A stretch of DNA of 45,432 bases, from positions 1-45,432 of the IMG/VR virus record IMGVR_UViG_3300022745_000054, one strand, 5' to 3'. This stretch comes from a virus (taxonomy: Duplodnaviria; Caudoviricetes). Shown here one piece after another: positions 8,946-18,413 of this stretch; positions within the stretch are counted from its first letter, which is position 1; each line of letters starts with the position of its first letter. The position numbers were made by a program, and so were the translations under genes. Below the pieces are notes generated by a model that saw only the letters and a list, made by a program, of their open reading frames with translations, was not told the origin of the DNA and did no database searches.

Positions 8946-9366
8946 CTACCTCATTTGGCTTGGCGTAATCTTCACCGCCTTCTGGGGTGGCTGGGAGACT
9001 CAAGGCTGGCACCGTGACTCACTGGAGAAAGATCGTGCAGAAGCAAACTTGGAAGCGCAGCGCATTGCTGGGCGGGCGCGAACCGCAGCAGAAGCCCGTG
9101 TCGTCACTGCTCAAAACGCTGCCGCCGCCCGTGCGGCTAATGATCGTGCTGACGCTGCTGATGCTCGTACTGAGCTTGACCGCGTGCGGTCACTGTCCGA
9201 CGCAGCCGTCACCGCCGCTGAGCAGTCCCACGCGGCCTGCGTTGACCGAGCCACTGCCCTCAAAGTCGTATTCAGCCAGTGTGCAGGCCGATATGCAGAG
9301 CTGGGGGAAAAGGCTGACCGACACGTCAGTGACCTCAAAACCCTAAGCGATTCCTGGCCTGAGTAG
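8932..9366 (+). CDS. Rz: i-spanin (Rz-like)
   Basis: N-terminal TM (YLIWLGVIFTAFWGGW), Ala/Arg-rich coiled coil with Cys, last gene of the lysis cassette. Confidence 0.8.
   Translation: MLPGNYLIWLGVIFTAFWGGWETQGWHRDSLEKDRAEANLEAQRIAGRARTAAEARVVTAQNAAAARAANDRADAADARTELDRVRSLSDAAVTAAEQSHAACVDRATALKVVFSQCAGRYAELGEKADRHVSDLKTLSDSWPE
9131..9346 (+). CDS. Rz1: o-spanin lipoprotein (Rz1-like), embedded in Rz in the +1 frame
   Basis: Signal peptide (M)RLMIVLTLLMLVLSLTA-C with LTAC lipobox, then a Pro-rich segment; start at GTG 9131 or ATG 9140. Confidence 0.8.
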   Translation: MRLMIVLTLLMLVLSLTACGHCPTQPSPPLSSPTRPALTEPLPSKSYSASVQADMQSWGKRLTDTSVTSKP

Positions 9367-9369
9367 CAC

Positions 9370-9414
9370 AGCGAAATTTGAGCGTTAGCGCAATAGCTTG
9401 TGCCTACGCAGAAT
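9370..9414 (+). promoter_or_regulatory. late promoter box, copy 3 (upstream of protease-capsid)
   Basis: AGCGAAATTTGAGCGTTAGC (9370-9389) plus CAGAAT (9409-9414). Confidence 0.75.
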
Positions 9415-9439
9415 CCGCAGCAACTGATAAGGACACGCT

Positions 9440-10480
9440 ATGCGTCGAAACTGGTACGACATTAAAGCTGCGGCTAACAATAAGCCTGCTGTCATCTCGA
9501 TCTATGACGAGATTGGTATGTGGGGTATTACAGCCAAGGAATTCATTGCAGACCTCAACGCGATCAAAGATCAGACGATTGAGCTGCATATCAACACCCC
9601 TGGCGGCTCTGTGTTCGACGGCTTGGCGATGTTCAACGCGCTGAAAAATAGCGGCAAGGATATTACCGTTCGCGTGATGGGTATCGCTGCCAGCATGGGT
9701 AGCTACTTGGCAATGGTCGGTAGCAAGATCGTCATGGCCGAAAATACGTTCCTGATGGTTCACAGCCCGCTCAATGGTCTGTACGGTAATGCTGCCGACA
9801 TGCGTGAAATGGCTGATGTGCTCGACAAGATCGGCGCAACCCTGGCAAGCACCTATGTGGCCCGCACCGGCCAGAGCATTGATGAGATCAACGCGCTGTT
9901 GTCCAAGGATACATACCTCACCGCAGCCGAGTGCTTGGCGCTGGGCTTCTGCGATGAAGTGGTGCCTGCCATTAAGGCGACTGCCAGCTTCGAGCGTGAG
10001 CACCTGCCCGAGCATATCCAGGCGCTGTTCAAGGCTGAGTCCAGTGGTGGTGACAACCCCGAAGACCCGGATGCCGACGATCTGCCGGAAGACCCGCCAG
10101 AAGACCCCGTAGTCGATGCATTCGCTGACCAAGTGGTTGCCCTGGCAACTGCCGCTGGCCTGGAAGCATATGCCGCCGCCTTCGCGTTGGACGCGAAGCT
10201 CGACACCATCGACAAGGTGAAGGCCCGCGTGGCTGAAGCCCGTGAGATCAACGCGCTGTGCGCCGTGGCTAAGCGCCCCGAAGACGCAACAGCATTTATC
10301 AGCAAGGGCAAGACCCTGGCTGAAGCACGTACCGCGCTGTGCGACACGCTTGCGAATAGCGGCGAAGTTGACACAGCCCCATCGAGCAGCAACAAGCCGA
10401 TCAGTGGTGTGCAGCCATCGGCTGTGAAAACGGCTGATATTTGGGCTGCACGCCGTAAACAAACAGGAGTGAAAAAATGA
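9440..10480 (+). CDS. ClpP-like prohead protease with C-terminal scaffold region
   Basis: IYDEIG.WG, INTPGGSVFDG, GIAASMGS (catalytic Ser), LMVHSP (His), TYLTAAECLALGFCD; acidic linker and helical tail. Confidence 0.92.
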   Translation: MRRNWYDIKAAANNKPAVISIYDEIGMWGITAKEFIADLNAIKDQTIELHINTPGGSVFDGLAMFNALKNSGKDITVRVMGIAASMGSYLAMVGSKIVMAENTFLMVHSPLNGLYGNAADMREMADVLDKIGATLASTYVARTGQSIDEINALLSKDTYLTAAECLALGFCDEVVPAIKATASFEREHLPEHIQALFKAESSGGDNPEDPDADDLPEDPPEDPVVDAFADQVVALATAAGLEAYAAAFALDAKLDTIDKVKARVAEAREINALCAVAKRPEDATAFISKGKTLAEARTALCDTLANSGEVDTAPSSSNKPISGVQPSAVKTADIWAARRKQTGVKK

Positions 10481-10824
10481 CCACTTTGGTAGAAGGTCGC
10501 CACGTAGGCGAGTATCTGGTTTCCGAGGCTGAAGGCACGCTGTCGCGTGAAGAAGTCACGGTAACTCAAGCTGGCACCGCATTGGTATCCGGCACAGTGA
10601 TGGGCAAGGTTACTGCCTCCGGCAAGTACAAGCCCTACAACAACGGCGCAAGCGACGGTACTGAAGTCGCTGCTGGTGTTCTGTACACGCATTGCGCTGC
10701 CGCTACCGGCGACCGCAAAGCCGTGCTGCATGTGCGCAACGCAGAAGTGTTTGGTGCTGCCCTGACCGGCTCTGATGCCCCTGGCATTGCTGATCTGAAG
10801 CTGCTGAACGTAATCGTTCGCTAA
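10477..10824 (+). CDS. head decoration protein (lambda D-like)
   Basis: LVSEAEGTLSRE, GTVMGKVTASGKY..Y...ASDG.E.AAGVL; lies between protease and capsid genes. Confidence 0.85.
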   Translation: MTTLVEGRHVGEYLVSEAEGTLSREEVTVTQAGTALVSGTVMGKVTASGKYKPYNNGASDGTEVAAGVLYTHCAAATGDRKAVLHVRNAEVFGAALTGSDAPGIADLKLLNVIVR

Positions 10825-10852
10825 TCCAACCATTCACTAGGAGCATTACAAA

Positions 10853-11848
10853 ATGGCATCACTCGACATTTTCAACAACGACGCATTCAGCGTTCAGTCG
10901 TTGACCAAAGCACTGACGGACATTCCGTTCCAACCCGCACGCTTGCAAGAGCTGGGCTACTTCACCGAAGAAGGTATCAACACCACTTCGGTATCCATTG
11001 AGCGCGTGGGCCTGACCCTGAGCTTGGTGGCTACCGGCCAACGTGGTGGTGTTGCTAAGCCCACTTCCAAAGAGAAGCGTTCCATGATTCCGTTCCAGGC
11101 TGTGCATCTGCCTCAGACCGGCGGCGTGAACGCTGACGAAGTGCAAAACCTGCGTGCCTTCGGCACCGAGTCTGAGTTGGAGTCCGTACAGAACGTGGTG
11201 AACAAGGAACTGCGTCGCCTGAAGCGCAACATCGACACCACTCTGGAATACCAGCGTATGGGTGCGGTGAAGGGCCAGATTCTGGACGCCGATGGCTCTA
11301 GCATCCTGCTCGACCTATTCGCAACCTTCGGTGTGACTCAGCAAGTGAAGTCTCTAGCTTTGGGCACCGCTGGCACCAACGTGCGTAACAAGCTGGTGGA
11401 AGCCAAGCGCCTGATGGAAGCCCAACTGGGCGGCATCATGTATCGCGGCATCCGTGTACTGTGCTCCGCTACGTTCTTCGACGCACTGGTTGCACACGCA
11501 TCCGTTGAGGCTGCTTTCGACCGCTGGAACTTCGGTGACTTCTTCCGTCAAGACCAACGCGCAGGATTCCCCTTCGCTGGCATGATCTTTGAAGAATACC
11601 GTGGCTCCGTGGGTGGTGTGGACTTCATCGCTGCCGGTGAAGCCTACATGATTCCCGAAGGTGTGCCTGACCTGTTCACCATGTACTTCGCACCTGCCGA
11701 CTACATGGAAACTGTGAATACCAACGGTCTGCCGTACTATGCCAAGCAAGAGCCGCGCGATATGAACAAGGGTATCGACATTGATGCCCAGTCCAATCCG
11801 CTGACTCTGAATACACGTCCTTCTGCGATCATCAAACTGACCGCTTAA
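10853..11848 (+). CDS. major capsid protein (lambda E family)
   Basis: 331 aa; DIFNNDAFS..SLT, ADEVQNLRAFG.E, TLEYQRMGAVKG, FAPADYMETVNT.GLPYY, QSNPL; strong AGGAG RBS. Confidence 0.93.
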   Translation: MASLDIFNNDAFSVQSLTKALTDIPFQPARLQELGYFTEEGINTTSVSIERVGLTLSLVATGQRGGVAKPTSKEKRSMIPFQAVHLPQTGGVNADEVQNLRAFGTESELESVQNVVNKELRRLKRNIDTTLEYQRMGAVKGQILDADGSSILLDLFATFGVTQQVKSLALGTAGTNVRNKLVEAKRLMEAQLGGIMYRGIRVLCSATFFDALVAHASVEAAFDRWNFGDFFRQDQRAGFPFAGMIFEEYRGSVGGVDFIAAGEAYMIPEGVPDLFTMYFAPADYMETVNTNGLPYYAKQEPRDMNKGIDIDAQSNPLTLNTRPSAIIKLTA

Positions 11849-12168
11849 TGACGAAATCGGCTTTCAGCCGGTTAGCGAACCGAGTCCTTGCCCATTTGGG
11901 TGAGGACTCGATTTTGCGTGGGGAGGATGTAGCTCCACCTCGCAAAGTCCATGTTCAGCACGGCATCCAGTTCTCCGGTTATGGGCACGGCACAGTCGCG
12001 TCCAACGGTGATCTGGTTGTCGAGAAATCCGTGGCAACACTCATGAAGTCGGATAGCCCCAAGGTGGGTGACCGGCTCCAGCATCCAGACGGCGACTACG
12101 ACCTCGACGTTCTACACAAAGACAACGGCGTCACGTTGCAGTTCATTCTGCGCAAGCACGCACCCTGA
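11848..12168 (+). CDS. head-tail joining protein (gpFII-like)
   Basis: 106 aa after the capsid gene; PKVGDRL...Y.LD beta pattern. Confidence 0.65.
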   Translation: MTKSAFSRLANRVLAHLGEDSILRGEDVAPPRKVHVQHGIQFSGYGHGTVASNGDLVVEKSVATLMKSDSPKVGDRLQHPDGDYDLDVLHKDNGVTLQFILRKHAP

Positions 12169-12169
12169 T

Positions 12170-12805
12170 ATGTCCAGCACAGCGTTCAACGTAACGCTTG
12201 ACGTGTCCAAGATAGACACGCTGGTGGAGAAGCTGGGAGGCCTAGACGCGCAGGCATTCAATCAGGCCACCGTGCGTGCGGTGAACGAAACGGTGGACAA
12301 GGTGTATGACCTTGTGGTGCCCCGTATGTCTGCTGCCGTGAACCTGTCACCTGAGTACATCGGTAGTCACATGGTTGTCGAGCACGCAACCACAAAGGCC
12401 CAGGCGCGCGTAGTGGCACAAGGCTCCAAACCGAACCTCACGCTGCTGTCACGCTACGACGCACGCCAGCTCGTTCGTGCGGCAAAGCCCAGCTCCAACG
12501 CGAAGGGCGACCGTTCGCGCGGCATTGCCCCTGGCATGCGTGCCGCTGGCGTTTCCGTTGAGGTGGTGCGTGGCCGGGTGAAGACCATGCAGCACTCGTT
12601 TCTGGTGCAGCTACGCAGTGGCAACGGCTGGGGTGTTGCCTATCGCACTGGCCCGAACCGCAAAGACTACAAGGTGCTGTACGGCCCGAGCGTGTACCAA
12701 ATGTTCAAGTACGCCGCAGAGAACGTGCTTGCTGAGGCTACCGACATGCTGGAAATGAACCTGATAACCGAGGCTGACCGCCTGCTTGAAAAGGCCCTGA
12801 AATGA
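12170..12805 (+). CDS. minor tail/neck protein (lambda Z-like)
   Basis: RAVN.T, basic central part, LYGPSVYQMF; ATG 12170 follows the previous stop. Confidence 0.7.
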   Translation: MSSTAFNVTLDVSKIDTLVEKLGGLDAQAFNQATVRAVNETVDKVYDLVVPRMSAAVNLSPEYIGSHMVVEHATTKAQARVVAQGSKPNLTLLSRYDARQLVRAAKPSSNAKGDRSRGIAPGMRAAGVSVEVVRGRVKTMQHSFLVQLRSGNGWGVAYRTGPNRKDYKVLYGPSVYQMFKYAAENVLAEATDMLEMNLITEADRLLEKALK

Positions 12806-13257
12806 CCATACTCACAAGTGCGGCCGACATTGCTGTCGCCCTGGCAACACGCCTCGCAACGATCTCGATTGCCAGTGGCAGTCACACCGATATTGGCACG
12901 CGCGTATTGCGCGGTCGCCGCCGCATTGACGACAACATGGTGCCTTGTGCTGTGCTGATCGAAGGCACTGACGAAGTGACGCCACCGCCTGGACGCCTGA
13001 CGGTATGCGAGGTGAAGCAGCGGTACATCGTTGCCGCATACGCCGAATGCCACCCGGACCATCCGAACGACCGGGCCCACGAAATCATCAAGGACATAAA
13101 GCGCGCCATCTTCAAAGGTGGTGTGACGCTGGACGGCCAAGTGCGCAAGATCGAATACAAGGGTCGCGATATTGGCCCGCGTAGCGATGGTGTGTCAATT
13201 GTTTGTGCCAGCGTGGAGTTCGAGGTGACCTACGCCGAAGACCTGACCAATCCTTGA
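12802..13257 (+). CDS. tail terminator/completion protein
   Basis: LATISIASG.HTDIG..V.RGR, C-terminal V.Y.EDL..P; position just before the tail tube gene. Confidence 0.65.
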   Translation: MTILTSAADIAVALATRLATISIASGSHTDIGTRVLRGRRRIDDNMVPCAVLIEGTDEVTPPPGRLTVCEVKQRYIVAAYAECHPDHPNDRAHEIIKDIKRAIFKGGVTLDGQVRKIEYKGRDIGPRSDGVSIVCASVEFEVTYAEDLTNP

Positions 13258-13301
13258 GCGAAATTTGAGCGTTAGTAATTTGGTTTGCGCGTGGTCACAC
13301 T
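13257..13301 (+). promoter_or_regulatory. late promoter box, copy 4 (upstream of major tail protein)
   Basis: AGCGAAATTTGAGCGTTAGT (13257-13276) plus CACACT (13296-13301). Confidence 0.75.
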
Positions 13302-13349
13302 TCGCCGGTCAGTGTCCACATTGCGACCTTAACTTTTTGGAGATTTAAT

Positions 13350-14117
13350 ATGTCTGCTGCACGCGGCTTTTTGGGCGCTGGTGATCTTTACATCGCGCGT
13401 TACAACCCTGTCACCGCTTTGTTTGATGACTTCGTTGGCCCCATCGAAACAACCAAATTTGAAATCAAGCCCAAGGTGGACTTGAAAGAGATGACCTCCA
13501 AAGGTCGCATGACTTACGGCCAAGTGGTCGAGTCCGTGCCAATCCCCAAGCCCTTCGAGTTCACCGTCCAGTTCGCAGAAGTTTCCGGCGACACGCTGGT
13601 GGCTGCGTTCCTGGGCACCAAGACCGCATTGAATACCGGCGCTGGCACGCTCACCAACCAAGTTGTGAAGATCACGAAGGGTTCGTGGGTCGATATTGGT
13701 CAAATGAATATCCAGACCGCAGGCTTGCTGGTCAAGGACAACACCGCCACCACCACCTATGTGTTGGGCACCGACTATGAGATCAACTACCGCCTGGGCA
13801 TGATTCGTGTCCTGCCCACCAGCGCGATTGCCGATGGCGTGAACCTGAAGATCAGCGGCTCTTACAGCGCCGTGTCCGGTAGCCAGATTGCCGGTGGCAC
13901 CAACGCGCAAATCCGCGCCAAGTTCCGTTTCGACGGTAAGAACTTTGCCGACGGTCTGCCCTGCATCGTTGATGTGTGGGAGGCCGTTATCGCTGCTGAC
14001 AGCGCGTTCGACTTCTTGGCTAACGACTTCGCTGCCGTGTCGCTGCCCGGTCGCCTGAAGACCCCTGTCGGCAAGACTGAGCCCTTCGTGGTCAAGCTGT
14101 TGGATGCAGCTCTCTAA
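13350..14117 (+). CDS. major tail (tube) protein
   Basis: 255 aa; FLGAGDLYI, YVLGTDYEINYRLGMI, GKTEPF; GGAG RBS; followed by a terminator and the tape measure gene. Confidence 0.8.
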   Translation: MSAARGFLGAGDLYIARYNPVTALFDDFVGPIETTKFEIKPKVDLKEMTSKGRMTYGQVVESVPIPKPFEFTVQFAEVSGDTLVAAFLGTKTALNTGAGTLTNQVVKITKGSWVDIGQMNIQTAGLLVKDNTATTTYVLGTDYEINYRLGMIRVLPTSAIADGVNLKISGSYSAVSGSQIAGGTNAQIRAKFRFDGKNFADGLPCIVDVWEAVIAADSAFDFLANDFAAVSLPGRLKTPVGKTEPFVVKLLDAAL

Positions 14118-14154
14118 GCACCATTGGTGATCAATGCGCCCCAGTGGTGCTAGT

Positions 14155-14181
14155 AGCCGGGGCACAGTCCCCGGCTTTTTT
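14155..14181 (+). terminator. Rho-independent terminator after the tail tube gene
   Basis: AGCCGGGG-cacagt-CCCCGGCT followed by TTTTTA. Confidence 0.85.
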
Positions 14182-14198
14182 ATTTGTGGAGTAGATTC

Positions 14199-17100
14199 AT
14201 GGCGGCAAATGTTCCCTTAACCCTCACGGTCGAGACAATCGGCACCGAAGGCGTCAAGCGCCTAAAAGACGATGTAGCGGCACTGGGCAAAGAGGGGGCA
14301 GGGGCTGCACCAGAGTTCCAGCAGCTCGGAGCTGAGATCGACAAGCTGGGCCAGCAGACCGGCCTTGCGAATGTCCTGAAGACGCTGACCAATGAGATCG
14401 ACCAGCTCAGCACAGCGCAGGCCAAGAGCGCCGAGACTGCGCAGCGCGTCACTACGGACCTGAACGAAGCCAAGGCGACCACCGCGACCTACGCCGAGGC
14501 ACAGCGCGCGGCCAAGACGGCGGTTATCGAACAGCAGGACGCGCTGTTCCAGCTTCGCCAGGAGCTGGCCCGCAAAAAGAACGAAACATCCTCAGCCGAC
14601 AAAGAAGAACGCACCTACACCGAGGCGATACAGGCGCTTGGTGCGCAGATCATCAAAGCCAAGGACGTGCTGCGCGAAAAGACGAACGCGCTGCGCGAGG
14701 CCAAGGACGCCACCACCCAGGCGGCAACCGCTGAGCGCGCCAAGGCCAATGAGGCGAACGCGGCCAATACGGCTGACGCAGCGGCAGCAGCTACGTTGGA
14801 GAAGAAGTCGGCAGCACTGCGCGAAGTCACAGACAAGCTGCGTGCGGCGGGCGTGCAGACAACCACCCTGGCAGAAACTGAATCGCTGCTGATCAACTCG
14901 TTCAAGAATCTGGCTGGTGAGATTGCTGCCGTGCAGGCTGCGACCGAAGCCAAGCTGGCTGCTGAGAAGCGCGCCGCCCAGGAAGAAGAACGCCTGATGA
15001 TCATTCAGATCGTCAAGCAAAAAGAGCTGCGCGATGCTGCCGCCCTGGCCGCGCAAGAGATCATTGGTGACTACTCCAAGATGGAGGCCGCGCAGGCCAA
15101 GATGGCTGCGCAGACGAAGGCCGCTGGCGATGCCCTGACCAATGCCTTCAGCACCGTTGGCGTGCGCTCCGTGGCGCAGATACGCGCCGAGATCGAGACT
15201 GTGAATCAGTCAATGGGTCTGCTGGCGACCAAGGGCGGGCTGACCGGCGCTGAGCTGAAGGGTGCGATGGCCTCTGCCCAGGCGCAGGTGAATGCGCTCG
15301 AAAAGGAAATCCGCACGGTCACCAATCAGTTGACCCTGGCCGACAAGGCGGCAAACCTGTTCCAAAGCTCAATGGGCCAGTTCACCGCTGGCAACTTGGC
15401 CGCGCAGGGCATTCAGTTCCTCGTTACGAAATTGATGGATTTGGGGCGTGCCTTCATTGATGCGATGGTGCAGGGGCAGCAGCTCAGTCGTGGCCTGAAC
15501 GTCATCTACAAGGACGCCGGGGTGGCGGCTGCGCAGTTGGATTTTCTGCGCAAAACATCCGCTGCTGCGGGCGTGGCCGTGGGCGATATTGCCCAGGAAT
15601 TCGTCAAGTTCTCCGCTTCCATGAAGCTGTCGAATATCCCGATTGAGCAGAGTAACGCTCTGTTCCAGGCCATGACAAGGGCCACTGCATCTTTGGGTCT
15701 TTCTGCGGCTGATACTGGTGGTATATTGAATGCATTGGGCCAATCCGCAAATAAAGGTACGGTCCAAATGGAAGAACTTAGAGGACAAATCGGGGACAGA
15801 TTGCCCGGTGCGCTAGGTCTTGCAGCGAAAGGTATGGGGTTGACCGAGGCAGAACTTACCAAGTTGGTAACTTCCGGCAATCTCGCATTCAAGGATTTCA
15901 TTGTCCCGTTTACGGGCGCACTCAAAGAGCTTGAGGGGAAGTCCGACACACTGGTAGGCACCTGGGGTCGCTTGAAGGGTGCATTCACTGTGTTTGCGCA
16001 GTCTGCCGGTGACGCTGGCTGGGCCACGGTGTTAGTCGGTGCAATGAAGGCCCTGGCGGCGACCATCGGGCCGGTTCTGTTCCTGTTCGAGTCCTTTGTC
16101 GAGACTATTGGCTTGGTCGGTAGTGGTGTTGTACGACTGGCGCAAGCACTGGCCGGGAACAAGAATGCGTTTAAAGGCTACAGCGATGAGATTGCTGCTA
16201 GCGGCCAACGCATCCGCGATGTAGGCAATGCCATTGTTGGCGTGCTGATACCGCAAGCCAATCTGACAACTGCGGTAAGCGAAGGCACCAAGGCCATGCT
16301 GAACTCAGCCGACGCAGCTACGCGTGTTGACGCCGCATTGCGGGCCGCAGCCGGTGCTACTGAAATGTCTGCTACCGCTGCCAAGCTCCAGGCTGATACA
16401 ACGCTGATGGGCGTGGCGAATATCAATAAGTTCAACGTGGAAGTTGGACGGTTGATCGAAACGCAAACTGTTGCCACTGAAGCTGCCAGTGCAAACGCTA
16501 AGGCTGTGAAGTTGCAAGGTGAGGCTCGGGTGGAGCTTGCAAAGCAGCAGAACGACGCACTGGCACTTGCTAATGCCGAGTCGCAATCCGCAGTCGACTA
16601 CGCTGCCGCAATGGACAAAGTTGCTGTATCACAGCGCGCAGAACTCGACTTGCTGCTGGTACAGCGTCAGCGCATTCGTGAGGTCGAAGAAGCCCGTGGC
16701 ACAGAAAAGGCTGCTATTGAAAAGCAAACCGAAGCTCTGACAAACAAGATCACAAAGATGCAGGCTGAGGCTGAGCAGTCAACACAGGCGGCAGAGAAGG
16801 CTAAGGCTGAAGCTACTGGACGCAAGCTGGCTATAGAACTGCTGCGTGATAACTCTGCTGAGATCACGAAATACACGATCTTGATGCACGATGCACAGGC
16901 CAATGTTGATCGACTTACGCAGGCTGAGAAAGACGGCTGGGCTACGAAGCAGCAGGTAAAGGACGCGACTCTGGAATTAGCTCGCGTTACAGCGCTACAT
17001 ACCGACGCAGTTAAGGACTCGATAAAGAACCTTGACCTCGAAACCAAGATGCGCACTGCGAATATCGACATTCTGATTGCGCAGGCCAACGCTGGCGAGA

Positions 17101-18011
17101 AGCACTATATCGGGCTTGCTGCCCAGGCTAAGGCGATTGGTGATGTTGTACAGCAGCACTATTGGGAGATCGAAGCTAAGAAGCAGGTGATCAAACAGCT
17201 TGAGCTGAAGATGGAACTTGAGCGCCTACAAAACGAAGCTGCGAAGCTGGAGATTGAGCTGAAGCGTAAGCTGATTGATACATCCACTGAAGAAGGTAAG
17301 ACCAAGGCCAAGCTGCTTGATATTGAATTGAAGATGCTCGAAGTGAAGAACATCAACAATGAGGCCATCAAAGAGCAGATTCGGCTTATTGAGGGTGAGA
17401 TACAGGGCATCCGTAACAGCGATGTTGTTCGTCAAAATAGTCAAGGCGGTCTTAACGCTGACACTAATGCACGCAATACAAACGCCGGTGCGATTGAACG
17501 CCAAAACGCAGCTCTTGAGAAGCAGCAGAAGCTGACCAGCGACGGCTTCAAACGCAACGCTGACGGCTCTGCCGCTGGTACGTTTAGCTCCAGCACGGCA
17601 AATACGGACCTCGCAACGCTGCGCACTAAAACATCCACTGGTGCGCAACTCACGTCCGACGACTTGGCTTCTGCCCAGGCCGCTTTCGACAAGGCCACTG
17701 CGAATGTTGACTGGCTTCAAAAGCAGGGCGGTAGTGTTTCGTTGGCAGCAATGCAGTCTGCGAATGCTGACTGGACTACTGCGAAGCAGATTCTTGACAG
17801 CCTGAAATTCCGTTTGCAAGAGGCAGCGACCGCCAAGGATTCGGCGGCTACTAGCAGCGCTACAAGCAGCTCGACAAGCAGCGGTGCAACCACCATGACC
17901 ATCAACCTCAATGGCGCATCAACCAACCTGAGCATGGCGTCACAGGCTGATGCAACAGCCCTGGCGAATCTGCTTCAACAACTCGGAACCTCTGCAACAC
18001 GGGCGGCATAA
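14199..18011 (+). CDS. tail tape measure protein
   Basis: About 1270 aa, Ala/Glu/Lys-rich helical; tape-measure motif ALGQSANKGTVQMEELRGQIGDRLPGA; GGAG RBS before ATG 14199. Confidence 0.93.
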   Translation: MAANVPLTLTVETIGTEGVKRLKDDVAALGKEGAGAAPEFQQLGAEIDKLGQQTGLANVLKTLTNEIDQLSTAQAKSAETAQRVTTDLNEAKATTATYAEAQRAAKTAVIEQQDALFQLRQELARKKNETSSADKEERTYTEAIQALGAQIIKAKDVLREKTNALREAKDATTQAATAERAKANEANAANTADAAAAATLEKKSAALREVTDKLRAAGVQTTTLAETESLLINSFKNLAGEIAAVQAATEAKLAAEKRAAQEEERLMIIQIVKQKELRDAAALAAQEIIGDYSKMEAAQAKMAAQTKAAGDALTNAFSTVGVRSVAQIRAEIETVNQSMGLLATKGGLTGAELKGAMASAQAQVNALEKEIRTVTNQLTLADKAANLFQSSMGQFTAGNLAAQGIQFLVTKLMDLGRAFIDAMVQGQQLSRGLNVIYKDAGVAAAQLDFLRKTSAAAGVAVGDIAQEFVKFSASMKLSNIPIEQSNALFQAMTRATASLGLSAADTGGILNALGQSANKGTVQMEELRGQIGDRLPGALGLAAKGMGLTEAELTKLVTSGNLAFKDFIVPFTGALKELEGKSDTLVGTWGRLKGAFTVFAQSAGDAGWATVLVGAMKALAATIGPVLFLFESFVETIGLVGSGVVRLAQALAGNKNAFKGYSDEIAASGQRIRDVGNAIVGVLIPQANLTTAVSEGTKAMLNSADAATRVDAALRAAAGATEMSATAAKLQADTTLMGVANINKFNVEVGRLIETQTVATEAASANAKAVKLQGEARVELAKQQNDALALANAESQSAVDYAAAMDKVAVSQRAELDLLLVQRQRIREVEEARGTEKAAIEKQTEALTNKITKMQAEAEQSTQAAEKAKAEATGRKLAIELLRDNSAEITKYTILMHDAQANVDRLTQAEKDGWATKQQVKDATLELARVTALHTDAVKDSIKNLDLETKMRTANIDILIAQANAGEKHYIGLAAQAKAIGDVVQQHYWEIEAKKQVIKQLELKMELERLQNEAAKLEIELKRKLIDTSTEEGKTKAKLLDIELKMLEVKNINNEAIKEQIRLIEGEIQGIRNSDVVRQNSQGGLNADTNARNTNAGAIERQNAALEKQQKLTSDGFKRNADGSAAGTFSSSTANTDLATLRTKTSTGAQLTSDDLASAQAAFDKATANVDWLQKQGGSVSLAAMQSANADWTTAKQILDSLKFRLQEAATAKDSAATSSATSSSTSSGATTMTINLNGASTNLSMASQADATALANLLQQLGTSATRAA

Positions 18012-18410
18012 ATGACCATCACACTCACATATCTCACTACCACCATAACGCTGCATCCAGACCTTCGCTGGAGCGATGAGCACCAGTGGAACCAAGTAGA
18101 GCAGAGCGTTCAGCGCACGATCACCGGGGCGCTCATCGTGAGCAGCGCGGCGCGGGTCGCTGGTCGCCCGATCACGTTGCAGCCCGAGGATGACAGCAGC
18201 GCCTGGATGCCGCAAAGCACCCTTGATGCACTGCGAAATCTGAGCGTTGTACCTGGGCGGGTCATGCAACTTACTATGCGCGGAACGAGTCGGGATGTGA
18301 TTTTCAGACACCACGAAGGTGTTGCTCTTGAGGCTGTGCCAGTTGTTCACTACAACGACCAAGACAGTGCCGACTGGCATCGAATCACGCTGCGCCTCAT
18401 GGAGATTTAA
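18012..18410 (+). CDS. distal-tail-like minor tail protein
   Basis: LHPDLRWSDEH.W..VEQS..RTITGALIV...GRPITL; immediately after the tape measure gene. Confidence 0.7.
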   Translation: MTITLTYLTTTITLHPDLRWSDEHQWNQVEQSVQRTITGALIVSSAARVAGRPITLQPEDDSSAWMPQSTLDALRNLSVVPGRVMQLTMRGTSRDVIFRHHEGVALEAVPVVHYNDQDSADWHRITLRLMEI

Positions 18411-18413
18411 TCA

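Noticed and set aside
7878-9389. 20-bp boxes as att or recombination sites for the adjacent recombinase
   Set aside because: Weak dyad symmetry, and all four copies have a -10-like hexamer at a fixed distance ahead of late genes, so a promoter role explains them better.
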